Assembly (NCBI GenBank): GCA_051117555.1
Contig: JBNPEG010000010.1
Span: forward strand, 1 to 38,063
Reading direction: 5' to 3'
Length of the DNA stretch: 38,063 nucleotides
Source of the DNA: Elainellaceae cyanobacterium
GTDB lineage: Bacteria > Cyanobacteriota > Cyanobacteriia > CAZCXK01
A program made the translations under genes and the position numbers. How positions within the stretch are numbered: the stretch's first letter is position 1; each line of letters begins with the position of its first letter. Below are positions 28,466-38,063 of the stretch, piece by piece. The notes below the pieces were generated by a model. It did not search any database and was not told the origin of the DNA. It was given only the letters and a program-made list of their open reading frames with translations.

Positions 28466-29560
28466 ATGACCAAGCTGGGGTTGCGATCGCGATTATTTTT
28501 ATCCCACATCATTGTGATGTTGGTTGGGCTAGCGACACTCACCATCATCGGTAAATTTTCGTCTCCACGGTTTTTTGTGATTCACCTCAAGCGAATCGAA
28601 GTTGAGGGATACAGTATTCAGCAGATTCGCGGAGAACTCTTGCAAGGGTTTGAATCGGCCTGGAGTCGGGGCGCATTTTGGTCACTGATTGTTGGAGCAA
28701 GTGCCGCAGGTGGCCTCAGCTATCTCGTTTCAAAGCGCATCGTCAGCCCACTCCTGCACATCGAAGAGATTACGAAAAAGATCGCGGCGGGGCATTTAGA
28801 AGAACGGGTGCCTCAAAGCGAAATTCCAGAACTTGATCAGCTCGCGGCAAGCTTTAACCGAATGGCGGCTGATTTGGAAGGCGTTGAACAAGACCGTCGA
28901 GAATTAGTCGGCGACCTCACCCATGAATTGAGAACTCCGCTCACCATCCTCGAAGGCTATCTAGAAGGGCTCGCCGATGGAGCCATTGCCCCGTCAACCG
29001 AGATTTACAAACTCCTTGCCAGAGAAACCGTGAGAATTCGTCGTCTGGTCGATGATTTACAAGAGTTGTCGAAAATGGAAGCTGGATATCTCCCCATCAA
29101 TGCTCATCCGTTTGACCTCATGCCGCTACTCACCTCTCTGATTCAACGATTTTCTGAACAGCTTATGGAGGATAGCCCAACGCTGCGGCTAGAGTATCCG
29201 TCTGATATTCCTCCCGTTTGGGCTGATCCGGCGCGGGTCGAGCAGATTTTGGTCAATCTTTTGAGCAATGCGATTCGCTATACGTTGTCTGGCTGGATTG
29301 CAATTCAAGTGGAGGCTGATGCCGAGTATGTTTGGATTTCGGTCATAGACACAGGGATGGGCATTGCAGATGAAGATTTGCCCCACGTCTTTGAACGATT
29401 TTGGCGTGCCGATCGATCGCGCGATCGCCACTCAGGTGGTACCGGCATTGGCTTAGCCATTTCCCAACGACTGGTCGAGCTTCAAGGTGGAACTATTGAG
29501 GTGGAAAGCGAACGTGAGAAAGGAAGCACGTTCCGATTTTCGCTGCCGTTAGCTCAGTAG
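28466..29560 (+). CDS. HAMP sensor histidine kinase (BaeS-like, probable Hik10-type partner)
   Basis: Two TM helices, [39 protein letters not shown]. It follows the regulator by 15 bp. Confidence 0.92.
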   Translation: MTKLGLRSRLFLSHIIVMLVGLATLTIIGKFSSPRFFVIHLKRIEVEGYSIQQIRGELLQGFESAWSRGAFWSLIVGASAAGGLSYLVSKRIVSPLLHIEEITKKIAAGHLEERVPQSEIPELDQLAASFNRMAADLEGVEQDRRELVGDLTHELRTPLTILEGYLEGLADGAIAPSTEIYKLLARETVRIRRLVDDLQELSKMEAGYLPINAHPFDLMPLLTSLIQRFSEQLMEDSPTLRLEYPSDIPPVWADPARVEQILVNLLSNAIRYTLSGWIAIQVEADAEYVWISVIDTGMGIADEDLPHVFERFWRADRSRDRHSGGTGIGLAISQRLVELQGGTIEVESEREKGSTFRFSLPLAQ

Positions 29561-29646
29561 CCCAAAAAGCTTTAGCCGATCATCCCACAGAGTGCCAGAA
29601 TAGCCATACAATTTGAGCCATAGATGTGCTGAACGTGAGACGAGTT

Positions 29647-30396
29647 ATGACTATTCATCCTAAATTACAGGCCGCATTCGAGCAAAATCGCGCGCTGAAA
29701 GTCATTAGCGGGCTAACAAATCTAAACGTCGAGCGAGTAATTGCAATCGTAAGCGCGGCTGACCAAGGTGGGGCCACGTTTGTTGACATTGCCGCCGATG
29801 CCAACCTCGTGAATCGGGTACGACACGTCACTCGCTTACCTATTTGTGTATCGGCAGTTGAGCCCCAAAAATTTGTCTTGGCAGTCGATGCCGGAGCAGA
29901 CCTCATCGAAATCGGCAATTTTGATGCATTTTACGCCCAGGGACGTCGATTTGAAGCCGATGAAGTGCTTCAGCTAACTCGCCAGACGCGATCGCTGCTG
30001 CCTACGGTGACCTTATCAGTGACCGTTCCCCACATTCTGCCTCTTGATCAGCAGGCCCATTTGGCAGAAGCCCTCGTGAAGGCCGGAGCGGATATCATCC
30101 AAACCGAAGGCGGAACAAGCAGCCAACCCACTCACTCTGGCACGTTAGGGCTAATCGAGAAAGCATCACCAAGCCTGGCAGCCGCGTATGAAATTTCTCG
30201 TGCTGTCGATGTTCCCGTGTTGTGTGCGTCGGGGTTGTCAACTGTAACCGCTCCGTTGGCGATCGCCTCAGGTGCGTCGGGCATTGGCGTCGGGTCTGCA
30301 ATCAATCAGTTGAATAGTGACATTGCCATGGTTGCAGCCGTTCGTAGCTTGGTCGAAGCTTTGGCAACCGTCAACCGGGTTCCTCTCTATGCCTAA
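29647..30396 (+). CDS. DUF561 / Ycf23-like TIM-barrel protein
   Basis: LKVISGLTN, GGATFVDIAAD, LPICVSAVEP, GADLIEIGNFDAFY, IIQTEGG. ATG 29647 is the likely start. Confidence 0.85.
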   Translation: MTIHPKLQAAFEQNRALKVISGLTNLNVERVIAIVSAADQGGATFVDIAADANLVNRVRHVTRLPICVSAVEPQKFVLAVDAGADLIEIGNFDAFYAQGRRFEADEVLQLTRQTRSLLPTVTLSVTVPHILPLDQQAHLAEALVKAGADIIQTEGGTSSQPTHSGTLGLIEKASPSLAAAYEISRAVDVPVLCASGLSTVTAPLAIASGASGIGVGSAINQLNSDIAMVAAVRSLVEALATVNRVPLYA

Positions 30397-30627
30397 GTCT
30401 GAGGCATAACTCATTCGCACGAGCCAGCATTGCGATATGGCGAGAACGTTGTGAGGAGAGCGTTTAGGTTTTCGTGTAAGTGCGACCGTCCTCGGTCGCA
30501 TGTTCCCTAACGGTAGGGTCGCCGAGACGGTATGCTCCGCATTGCTAGGGCAAACGCACTTAAATGACACAAAATTCGGAACATTCTCTTGTGAGAGAAA
30601 AGCGCGATCGCGTGGGGATAACGAAAT

Positions 30628-30659
30628 AAGGGATGGTTAGTAAGCGCTGACCATCCCTT
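30628..30659. terminator. Hairpin between convergent genes, probable terminator
   Basis: AAGGGATGGTTA-GTAAGCGC-TGACCATCCCTT, a 12-bp stem with one G:U pair on the + strand, followed by CTAATTTCT. Confidence 0.5.
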
Positions 30660-30772
30660 CTAATTTCTAACCATCCATTCAGATACAGGTATTAGATTTG
30701 TGTGTAGCTCCGGCTGACTGACAAGAATCGCGCTGCAATCAGTCGTATTCAAACCTTGGCCGATGAAACTGA

Positions 30773-30958
30773 TTATTGGCCAAATTCGAGTCTGGCTTGC
30801 TCGACCAACTCTACCGTGACGATTTCAGAGTCTGACGCACGAGCTAGCGCCTCGATTCGTTGTCGAGCTTGCGATCGCACGAAGTAAGGAATCTTCTTTA
30901 GCTTTGTTTCAGCGTCAGCCGTCCACGTCAATGGGTCAGTCCAATCAGAATTTGTCAT
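30773..30958 (-). CDS. Small stand-alone PCP_red-domain protein (resembles the ChlB/BchB C-terminal domain)
   Basis: [31 protein letters not shown]...[18 protein letters not shown] upstream. Confidence 0.85.
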   Translation of the reverse strand: MTNSDWTDPLTWTADAETKLKKIPYFVRSQARQRIEALARASDSEIVTVELVEQARLEFGQ

Positions 30959-31300
30959 GACAAATCCTTAATCTAGGAGGGTACAGGTCACAAATTGATC
31001 ATTCTCATTTTAGGATCGCGGGTTCCCCCCCATCCATTAGATTTCGGCGCAATTCTTAACGTGGTCAGTAAATTTACAGGTGCGAGAAGGAAAAGGACAA
31101 ACATTCTTCGGTAAAACCTCGGTTTCTTGACTTTGAACCTACGGTTTATAACTAAATCGCGATTTACCTATTCAACGTTTCCAAGTATTTTTCATGAACT
31201 GTACAGGCAATATCGTTGCAATTACAGAACCATCTAGGGAAACGATGCATGAAGGGTATCTCGTTTGCAGCGGTTCAAATTCGAGTCAAGAATGTCGAGA

Positions 31301-33331
31301 ATGAAAGAGTTACTGCCAAAGTTTAAGCTGAATGCGGGCAGATTGAGCCTCAGGAATCAATTGGCGTTAGTGTTTAGCAGTATTGCGGTGTTGCTTGCCT
31401 TGACTCTCGTTGCAGTAACTGAGCAAGTTGTGCGACCCTATCTCGAACAAAACCAAGGATTATTTTTAGCAGAGCTTGCCTATCAGACAGCTGAGAAGCT
31501 AGATCATGGCATGTTTGAACGGTATCGAGAAATCCAAATCGTTGCAACGCTCAATCAGTTTCGAAATGCAGACATCGATGTTATCACTCAGCGATCGCTC
31601 TTAGATACCATTCAATCTACCCATACTGACTACGCATGGATTGGGTTCATCGATCAGTCGGGCATGGTTCGTGCTGCGACCCAACGCATCTTAGAAGGCA
31701 CCAATATTTCTCAGCGTCCAGTGTTTATCAATGCCCAAGGGCAACCCTGGGTTGGCGATGTTCACGAAGCCGTTTTGTTAGCTAAATTGCTGCCGAATCC
31801 ATCCAACGAACCGCTTCGATTTGTCGATGTCGCTATTCCTGTCATGAATGCCCAAGACCAGCAAATCGGCGTTCTTGCGGCCCATATTTATTGGAAATGG
31901 GCACGACGTATTGAGATTTCTTTGCCCAATGCATTTCAGAATTATTCAGAGTTAGAGACATTCATCGTCAACCAAGACAATCAGGTAGTGCTGGCTCCTC
32001 AAACTGAACGGAATGGAGCGGTGCCCTCTGAGGCGCCCTCTGAGGTAATAGTCGATGCAGTTTATCACGATGGAACCGGCTATCTGCTCGGAACCCAGAC
32101 CAATGACAATAGTTATCTCACAGCGTATGCCCAAACAAGGGGGTATCAAAGCTACCCAGGTCTAGGCTGGACAGTTCTCCTCCGACAACCGACCACTACT
32201 GCATTTGGCGCAGCTCGACAACTTCAACAAGAGAGCTTGAAGCTAAGTTTAGCCCTTGGTCTTAGCCTATTATGCCTGGGTTGGGTTTTAGCGCGTCAAA
32301 TCGCCGATCCGATCCTCAAAATGGCGATCGCCACCGAACAGTTTCGCCAGGGAAATCGAAATGTCTTACTTCCAACCTTGAAAGGAGATAGCGAAGTTGC
32401 GTTGCTGACTCGATCGTTTAAAGAGCTGCTGAGAGAACTGACGGATCAAGAGCGGGACCTGATTGCATTAAACAGTTCATTAGAAGATCGGGTTGAAGAG
32501 CGAACCAATGAACTCACTCGTCTGAATGCAGCCCTACAGCTTGAGGCAACCGAACATATGGAAACTGGGCGCAAACTTCAGGAATTGACGGTTGTCCTTC
32601 AACATTCCAATCGTGAACTCGAACAGTTTGCTTATGTTGCATCTCATGATTTACAAGAGCCACTTCGAGCAGTCGCAAGCTACACCCAACTGCTTGAACG
32701 TAAGTATGGGGGGGCATTAGACGAAAAAGCCGAAAAATATATTCACTACATCGTAGACGGCGCAAGCCGAATGCAGCAGTTGATTAACGACTTATTGACC
32801 TATTCCCGCGTCGGGCGGCAGAGCCTCAATTTAGAACTGATAGATTGTAATCAAATCGTCACGCGAGTCATTGAAACACTAGGCGTGGCGATCGCTGAAA
32901 GTCATGCAGCAGTGACCTATGATCGTCTCCCTTCCCTCATTGCAGACTCATCCAAGCTAACTCAACTGTTTCAAAATCTCATCGGCAATGCCATCAAATA
33001 CCACGGAGAGGCTCCGCCCATTGTCCATATATCTGCTCACCTTCAAGGAAATTCTTGGCAATTTACCGTCCAAGACAATGGCATTGGCATCGATCCTCAG
33101 TTTGCAGACCGCATCTTCGTCATTTTTCAACGACTCCACACTCGCCGATGTTATTCAGGAACAGGAATTGGATTGGCGATTTGTAAGAAAATTGTTGAAC
33201 TCCACCACGGGCGCATCTGGGTAGAGTCACAACCCAACCAAGGTTCGACCTTTTATTTCATATTGGCAAATCTTGATCCGACCCACGATACTACATTTCT
33301 GGAGGAGTCAGGTGATTTATCATCCCGGTAA
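31301..33331 (+). CDS. Cache-HAMP sensor histidine kinase with a Cph1/BphP-type kinase module (start 31292 or 31301)
   Basis: TM, periplasmic Cache-like domain (YAWIGF...[15 protein letters not shown]...[11 protein letters not shown]), [45 protein letters not shown]. Confidence 0.92.
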   Translation: MKELLPKFKLNAGRLSLRNQLALVFSSIAVLLALTLVAVTEQVVRPYLEQNQGLFLAELAYQTAEKLDHGMFERYREIQIVATLNQFRNADIDVITQRSLLDTIQSTHTDYAWIGFIDQSGMVRAATQRILEGTNISQRPVFINAQGQPWVGDVHEAVLLAKLLPNPSNEPLRFVDVAIPVMNAQDQQIGVLAAHIYWKWARRIEISLPNAFQNYSELETFIVNQDNQVVLAPQTERNGAVPSEAPSEVIVDAVYHDGTGYLLGTQTNDNSYLTAYAQTRGYQSYPGLGWTVLLRQPTTTAFGAARQLQQESLKLSLALGLSLLCLGWVLARQIADPILKMAIATEQFRQGNRNVLLPTLKGDSEVALLTRSFKELLRELTDQERDLIALNSSLEDRVEERTNELTRLNAALQLEATEHMETGRKLQELTVVLQHSNRELEQFAYVASHDLQEPLRAVASYTQLLERKYGGALDEKAEKYIHYIVDGASRMQQLINDLLTYSRVGRQSLNLELIDCNQIVTRVIETLGVAIAESHAAVTYDRLPSLIADSSKLTQLFQNLIGNAIKYHGEAPPIVHISAHLQGNSWQFTVQDNGIGIDPQFADRIFVIFQRLHTRRCYSGTGIGLAICKKIVELHHGRIWVESQPNQGSTFYFILANLDPTHDTTFLEESGDLSSR

Positions 33332-33761
33332 ACCCATCGAAATTCTCTTGGTGGAAGATTCTCCAAGCGATGCAGATCTCACCATCGAAACCCTGAATGA
33401 CGCCAAAGTACTCAACAATCTCCACGTTGTTGAAGATGGGGTTGAAGCCCTTGCCTATCTCCGTCGAGTCGGACACTACATCGACGCTCCACGACCTGAT
33501 TTAGTTCTGCTTGATCTAAATCTGCCGAAGAAAAACGGGCGAGAAGTATTATCCGAAATCAAATCAGACCCCGAGTTACGATTAATTCCTGTCGTTGTCC
33601 TCACCACCTCTGAATCAGACGAGGACATTCTCAGGTCCTATCAGCTTCATGCCAATTGCTATGTCACCAAACCAGTCGGTTTAGAAGAATTTATTCATCT
33701 AATTCGCTTAATTGAATCTTTCTGGTTAGTCGCTGTTAAGTTGCCGATAGGTACGTCATGA
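33312..33761 (+). CDS. Single-domain response regulator, Rcp1-like
   Basis: [49 protein letters not shown] motif. GGAGGAG RBS at 33301 precedes GTG 33312. Confidence 0.92.
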   Translation: MIYHPGKPIEILLVEDSPSDADLTIETLNDAKVLNNLHVVEDGVEALAYLRRVGHYIDAPRPDLVLLDLNLPKKNGREVLSEIKSDPELRLIPVVVLTTSESDEDILRSYQLHANCYVTKPVGLEEFIHLIRLIESFWLVAVKLPIGTS

Positions 33762-35260
33762 ATCCGGTTTATAGCGGCGTATTAAGGATTTTACTGATCG
33801 AAGATAATCCGGCTGACGCTCATTTTCTAAAAGACATTCTAGACGAGATTGAAAACACCCAATGGCATATCAGTCACGTCGAGCGACTAGCAGATGGAAT
33901 TGCTCAACTCGCGCATCAGCAGTTTGATGTGATCTTGTCAGATCTATCATTGCCCGACACTCAAGATTTAGAAACCGTTGAACGTCTCCACACCGTTACG
34001 ACAGCACTCCCAATCATCGTGCTCACAGGCTTAGACGACAATGAAATGGGATTGGAGTCGATCCGGAGGGGGGCACAAGACTATCTTGTCAAGGGGCAAT
34101 TTGACGGTAATTTGCTGATACGTTCAATTCGATACGCTATTGAGCGATCGCAAACTCAACTAATTATGCGCCAGCAATCTGCAGCAATAGCCGCTTGTCG
34201 AGAGGGCATTGCGATCCTAAACCCATCTCAAGAATTCATCTATTTAAACCAAGCGTATCTCAACATTTATCAATATGTTAATTCCAATCATTTGCTAGGG
34301 AAACCTTGGCAGTTACTGTTAGATCATGAAGACTATGACACTGTTGCCAATCAGGTATTTGTATCGTTGCAGCAACATGGACACTGGCGCGGAGAAGTTG
34401 TTTGTAAACGGGCAGACAACAGCAAATTTTATGCTGAACTGTTTTTAACAGCCTTTGAGAATGGGTTAATTTGTACCGTACGAGATATTAGCGATCGCAA
34501 ACGTAGCGAAGCGGAACGCCTTAAGGCAGAAAACGAGATTCGCAAAGCGTTAGAAAGAGAAAAGGAATTGAATGAACTGAAATCAAATTTTGTCTCGATG
34601 GTGTCCCATGAATTTCGGACGCCCCTCACGGCAATTCTGTCCTCTGCTCAAATGCTAGGGAATTATGAAAAACAGCTCACTCAGGAAAAAAAGCAGATTC
34701 GGCTTAACCATATCATCAATGGTGCTAGGCGAATGACACAGCTTTTAGATGAGGTTCTATTCCTTGGTATGGCTCAATCAGGACGGCTTCAATTTCATCC
34801 GACTCTCCTTCAACTTGACATATTTTGCCAAGAATTAATTGAAGAATATCGTCTCATCGACACAACAAATCACGCCATTTTTTTCACATATTCCGCGCAT
34901 CAAACTTTCTTTCAACTGGATGCCCAACTGCTGCACCATATTCTTTCAAATTTACTTTCAAATGCGATCAAATACTCCCCTGATGGAACAGATATCCAAG
35001 TTAAACTAACCTGCACACATCAAGATGTTATTGTTCAGGTTCAAGACAGTGGCATCGGCATTTTAGAAAGCGATCAAGAGCATCTATTTACGCCTTTCTA
35101 TCGCGGACGAAACGTTACCAATATTCCTGGAACAGGTTTAGGATTAACCATCATTAGTCAGTGCGTTGAGCTTCATGGAGGTAGCATCGAGGTGACGAGT
35201 CAGATCAATTGCGGCACCTTATTTACTGTCAAACTGCCGATATTAAATTCAGATTTTTGA
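33758..35260 (+). CDS. Hybrid REC-PAS histidine kinase
   Basis: REC ([22 protein letters not shown]), [39 protein letters not shown] overlap with the upstream gene. Confidence 0.93.
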   Translation: MNPVYSGVLRILLIEDNPADAHFLKDILDEIENTQWHISHVERLADGIAQLAHQQFDVILSDLSLPDTQDLETVERLHTVTTALPIIVLTGLDDNEMGLESIRRGAQDYLVKGQFDGNLLIRSIRYAIERSQTQLIMRQQSAAIAACREGIAILNPSQEFIYLNQAYLNIYQYVNSNHLLGKPWQLLLDHEDYDTVANQVFVSLQQHGHWRGEVVCKRADNSKFYAELFLTAFENGLICTVRDISDRKRSEAERLKAENEIRKALEREKELNELKSNFVSMVSHEFRTPLTAILSSAQMLGNYEKQLTQEKKQIRLNHIINGARRMTQLLDEVLFLGMAQSGRLQFHPTLLQLDIFCQELIEEYRLIDTTNHAIFFTYSAHQTFFQLDAQLLHHILSNLLSNAIKYSPDGTDIQVKLTCTHQDVIVQVQDSGIGILESDQEHLFTPFYRGRNVTNIPGTGLGLTIISQCVELHGGSIEVTSQINCGTLFTVKLPILNSDF

Positions 35261-35318
35261 GACGTCTGAATTTAATCCAAGCGTTTAACACCGTATTAGA
35301 GATGTGACGTAATCCGAT

Positions 35319-36509
35319 ATGTACAAGATTCTAGTGATTGAAGATGAAGTACCCGTCCGGGAAGACCTATTAGAACTTCTAGAGATTCAGCAATTTCAAG
35401 GAGTGGGCGCAGAAAATGGGATAGTGGGCGTGCAGATTGCCCAAGATTGGGAACCTGACCTCATTATTTGTGATGTAATGATGCCAGGTTTAGACGGCTA
35501 TAGAGTGCTAGAAAGACTCCGCAGCGATCCGCGCACCAGTCTAATTCCGTTCATTTTTTTGACTGCAAAAGGGACCGTCAACGATTTCCGTAAAGGTCTA
35601 AAGTTGGGAGCCGATGATTATCTAACTAAACCCTATGAGCAAACAGAATTATTAGAGGCGATCGCCACTCGTCTTTCAAAACACACGATGCTTCGCGCAC
35701 AGCAGCAGCAAGCCATCCAGCAGCTTCAAAATAGACTTGCCAATCTCCAGAGAGACAGTGCACTAAAAGATGATTTTTTGAGCACTGCATCTCACGAATT
35801 GCGAAGCCCAATTACCAACATCATGATGGCAATTCCTGTCCTGCAAGGCATTGTCACCGATGAACGCCAGCAACGCTATATCGAGATTCTTCAACAGGAA
35901 TGCGCTCGTGAGCTGGATTTAATTAACGACTTACTTGATTTGCAGCGACTCGAAGCAGGAGCATGCCTCTCATCATTAGAGACGATTAATTTACAGACTT
36001 GGGTTCCAACTCTCTTGGAGCCATTTGAATTTCGGATTCAAGCACGCCAGCAGCAGTTCCAATTTAAAATCAGCGAAGACGTGGCTAATATTGTGAGCGA
36101 CTCGTCTGATCTCCAGCGGATTTTTACTGAACTGCTAAGCAATGCCAGCAAATACACCCCTCCTGGCGGCCAGATTATTTTGACCATTCAACCAGCACGT
36201 GCAACTCGATCAAACGCATCGCTATCCCCACCCTGCATACTGATTACTGTGCAGAACGAAGCCGAAATCCCTCAAGACACTATCCCATTGCTATTCGAGC
36301 AATTTTATCGCATCCCGGGGAGCGATCGCTGGCACCAAGGCGGCACCGGGTTGGGGCTGACTCTCACCAAAAAATTGATTACTCGACTTAACGGTGACAT
36401 CTGGGTCAGCAGCTCATCCGGATGGACATCCTTCACCATTCAGCTTCCCTCTGCCACACTCGATACAACCGGATTCCCTCATAAAAAAAGCCCCTACCTG
36501 AACAGATAG
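35319..36509 (+). CDS. Hybrid REC histidine kinase
   Basis: REC (IEDE, ICDVMMP, GADDYLTKP), ASHELRSPIT, ELLSNASKYT, GGTGLGL. The G1 box is degenerate (QNEAEIP). Confidence 0.9.
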   Translation: MYKILVIEDEVPVREDLLELLEIQQFQGVGAENGIVGVQIAQDWEPDLIICDVMMPGLDGYRVLERLRSDPRTSLIPFIFLTAKGTVNDFRKGLKLGADDYLTKPYEQTELLEAIATRLSKHTMLRAQQQQAIQQLQNRLANLQRDSALKDDFLSTASHELRSPITNIMMAIPVLQGIVTDERQQRYIEILQQECARELDLINDLLDLQRLEAGACLSSLETINLQTWVPTLLEPFEFRIQARQQQFQFKISEDVANIVSDSSDLQRIFTELLSNASKYTPPGGQIILTIQPARATRSNASLSPPCILITVQNEAEIPQDTIPLLFEQFYRIPGSDRWHQGGTGLGLTLTKKLITRLNGDIWVSSSSGWTSFTIQLPSATLDTTGFPHKKSPYLNR

Positions 36510-36518
36510 GGACTTTTT
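36484..36518 (-). terminator. Intrinsic terminator of psbDC, possibly bidirectional
   Basis: Minus strand AAAAAGTCCCTATCTG-TT-CAGGTAGGGGCTTTTTTT, with G:U pairs and a T7 tail, 18 bp after the psbC stop. Confidence 0.8.
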
Positions 36519-36536
36519 AGGAACGTTCAAATAGGC

Positions 36537-38063
<1,527 letters not shown>

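Noticed and set aside
30268..30640. 100-aa minus ORF and a 46-aa plus ORF in the DUF561-PCP_red gap
   Set aside because: No motifs. The minus ORF overlaps DUF561 in antisense.
31006..31019. ATTTTAGGATCGC resembling the end of the MITE-like element
   Set aside because: It is a single short partial match with no partner end, and it may be chance or HIP1-related.

Overview
Cyanobacterial chromosomal window. The evidence is the psbD-psbC operon at the right edge and more than 40 copies of the HIP1 octamer GCGATCGC counted by eye. Left to right it holds: (1) a PPIase-HlyB-HlyD type I secretion operon, with hlyD missing from the ORF track and cut by the window edge; (2) a HAMP kinase/OmpR pair plus a metallophosphoesterase; (3) an orphan ArsR regulator; (4) a Liv-type ABC importer whose second permease is fused to both ATPases; (5) a PAS-PAS-GAF histidine kinase carrying DXCF-cyanobacteriochrome motifs; (6) a PuuE-like deacetylase and a fasciclin protein; (7) a small MITE-like element; (8) a pentapeptide-repeat/HhH/membrane protein; (9) an Rbp3-like RNA-binding protein, a DegT aminotransferase, fetB and a large hypothetical protein; (10) an Rre3/Hik10-like pair, DUF561 and a small PCP_red protein; (11) a four-gene phosphorelay cluster; and (12) psbC with the end of psbD. 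I found no CRISPR array, transposase, tRNA or rRNA. Most genes belong to known families. The best candidates for something undescribed are the exported pentapeptide + ComEA-like HhH + channel-pore-like protein, the photoreceptor kinase wedged between the transporter and the deacetylase, a structured intergenic segment with mutually exclusive pairings (about 30474-30570), and several short duplications. All family assignments come from motif recognition without database searches.
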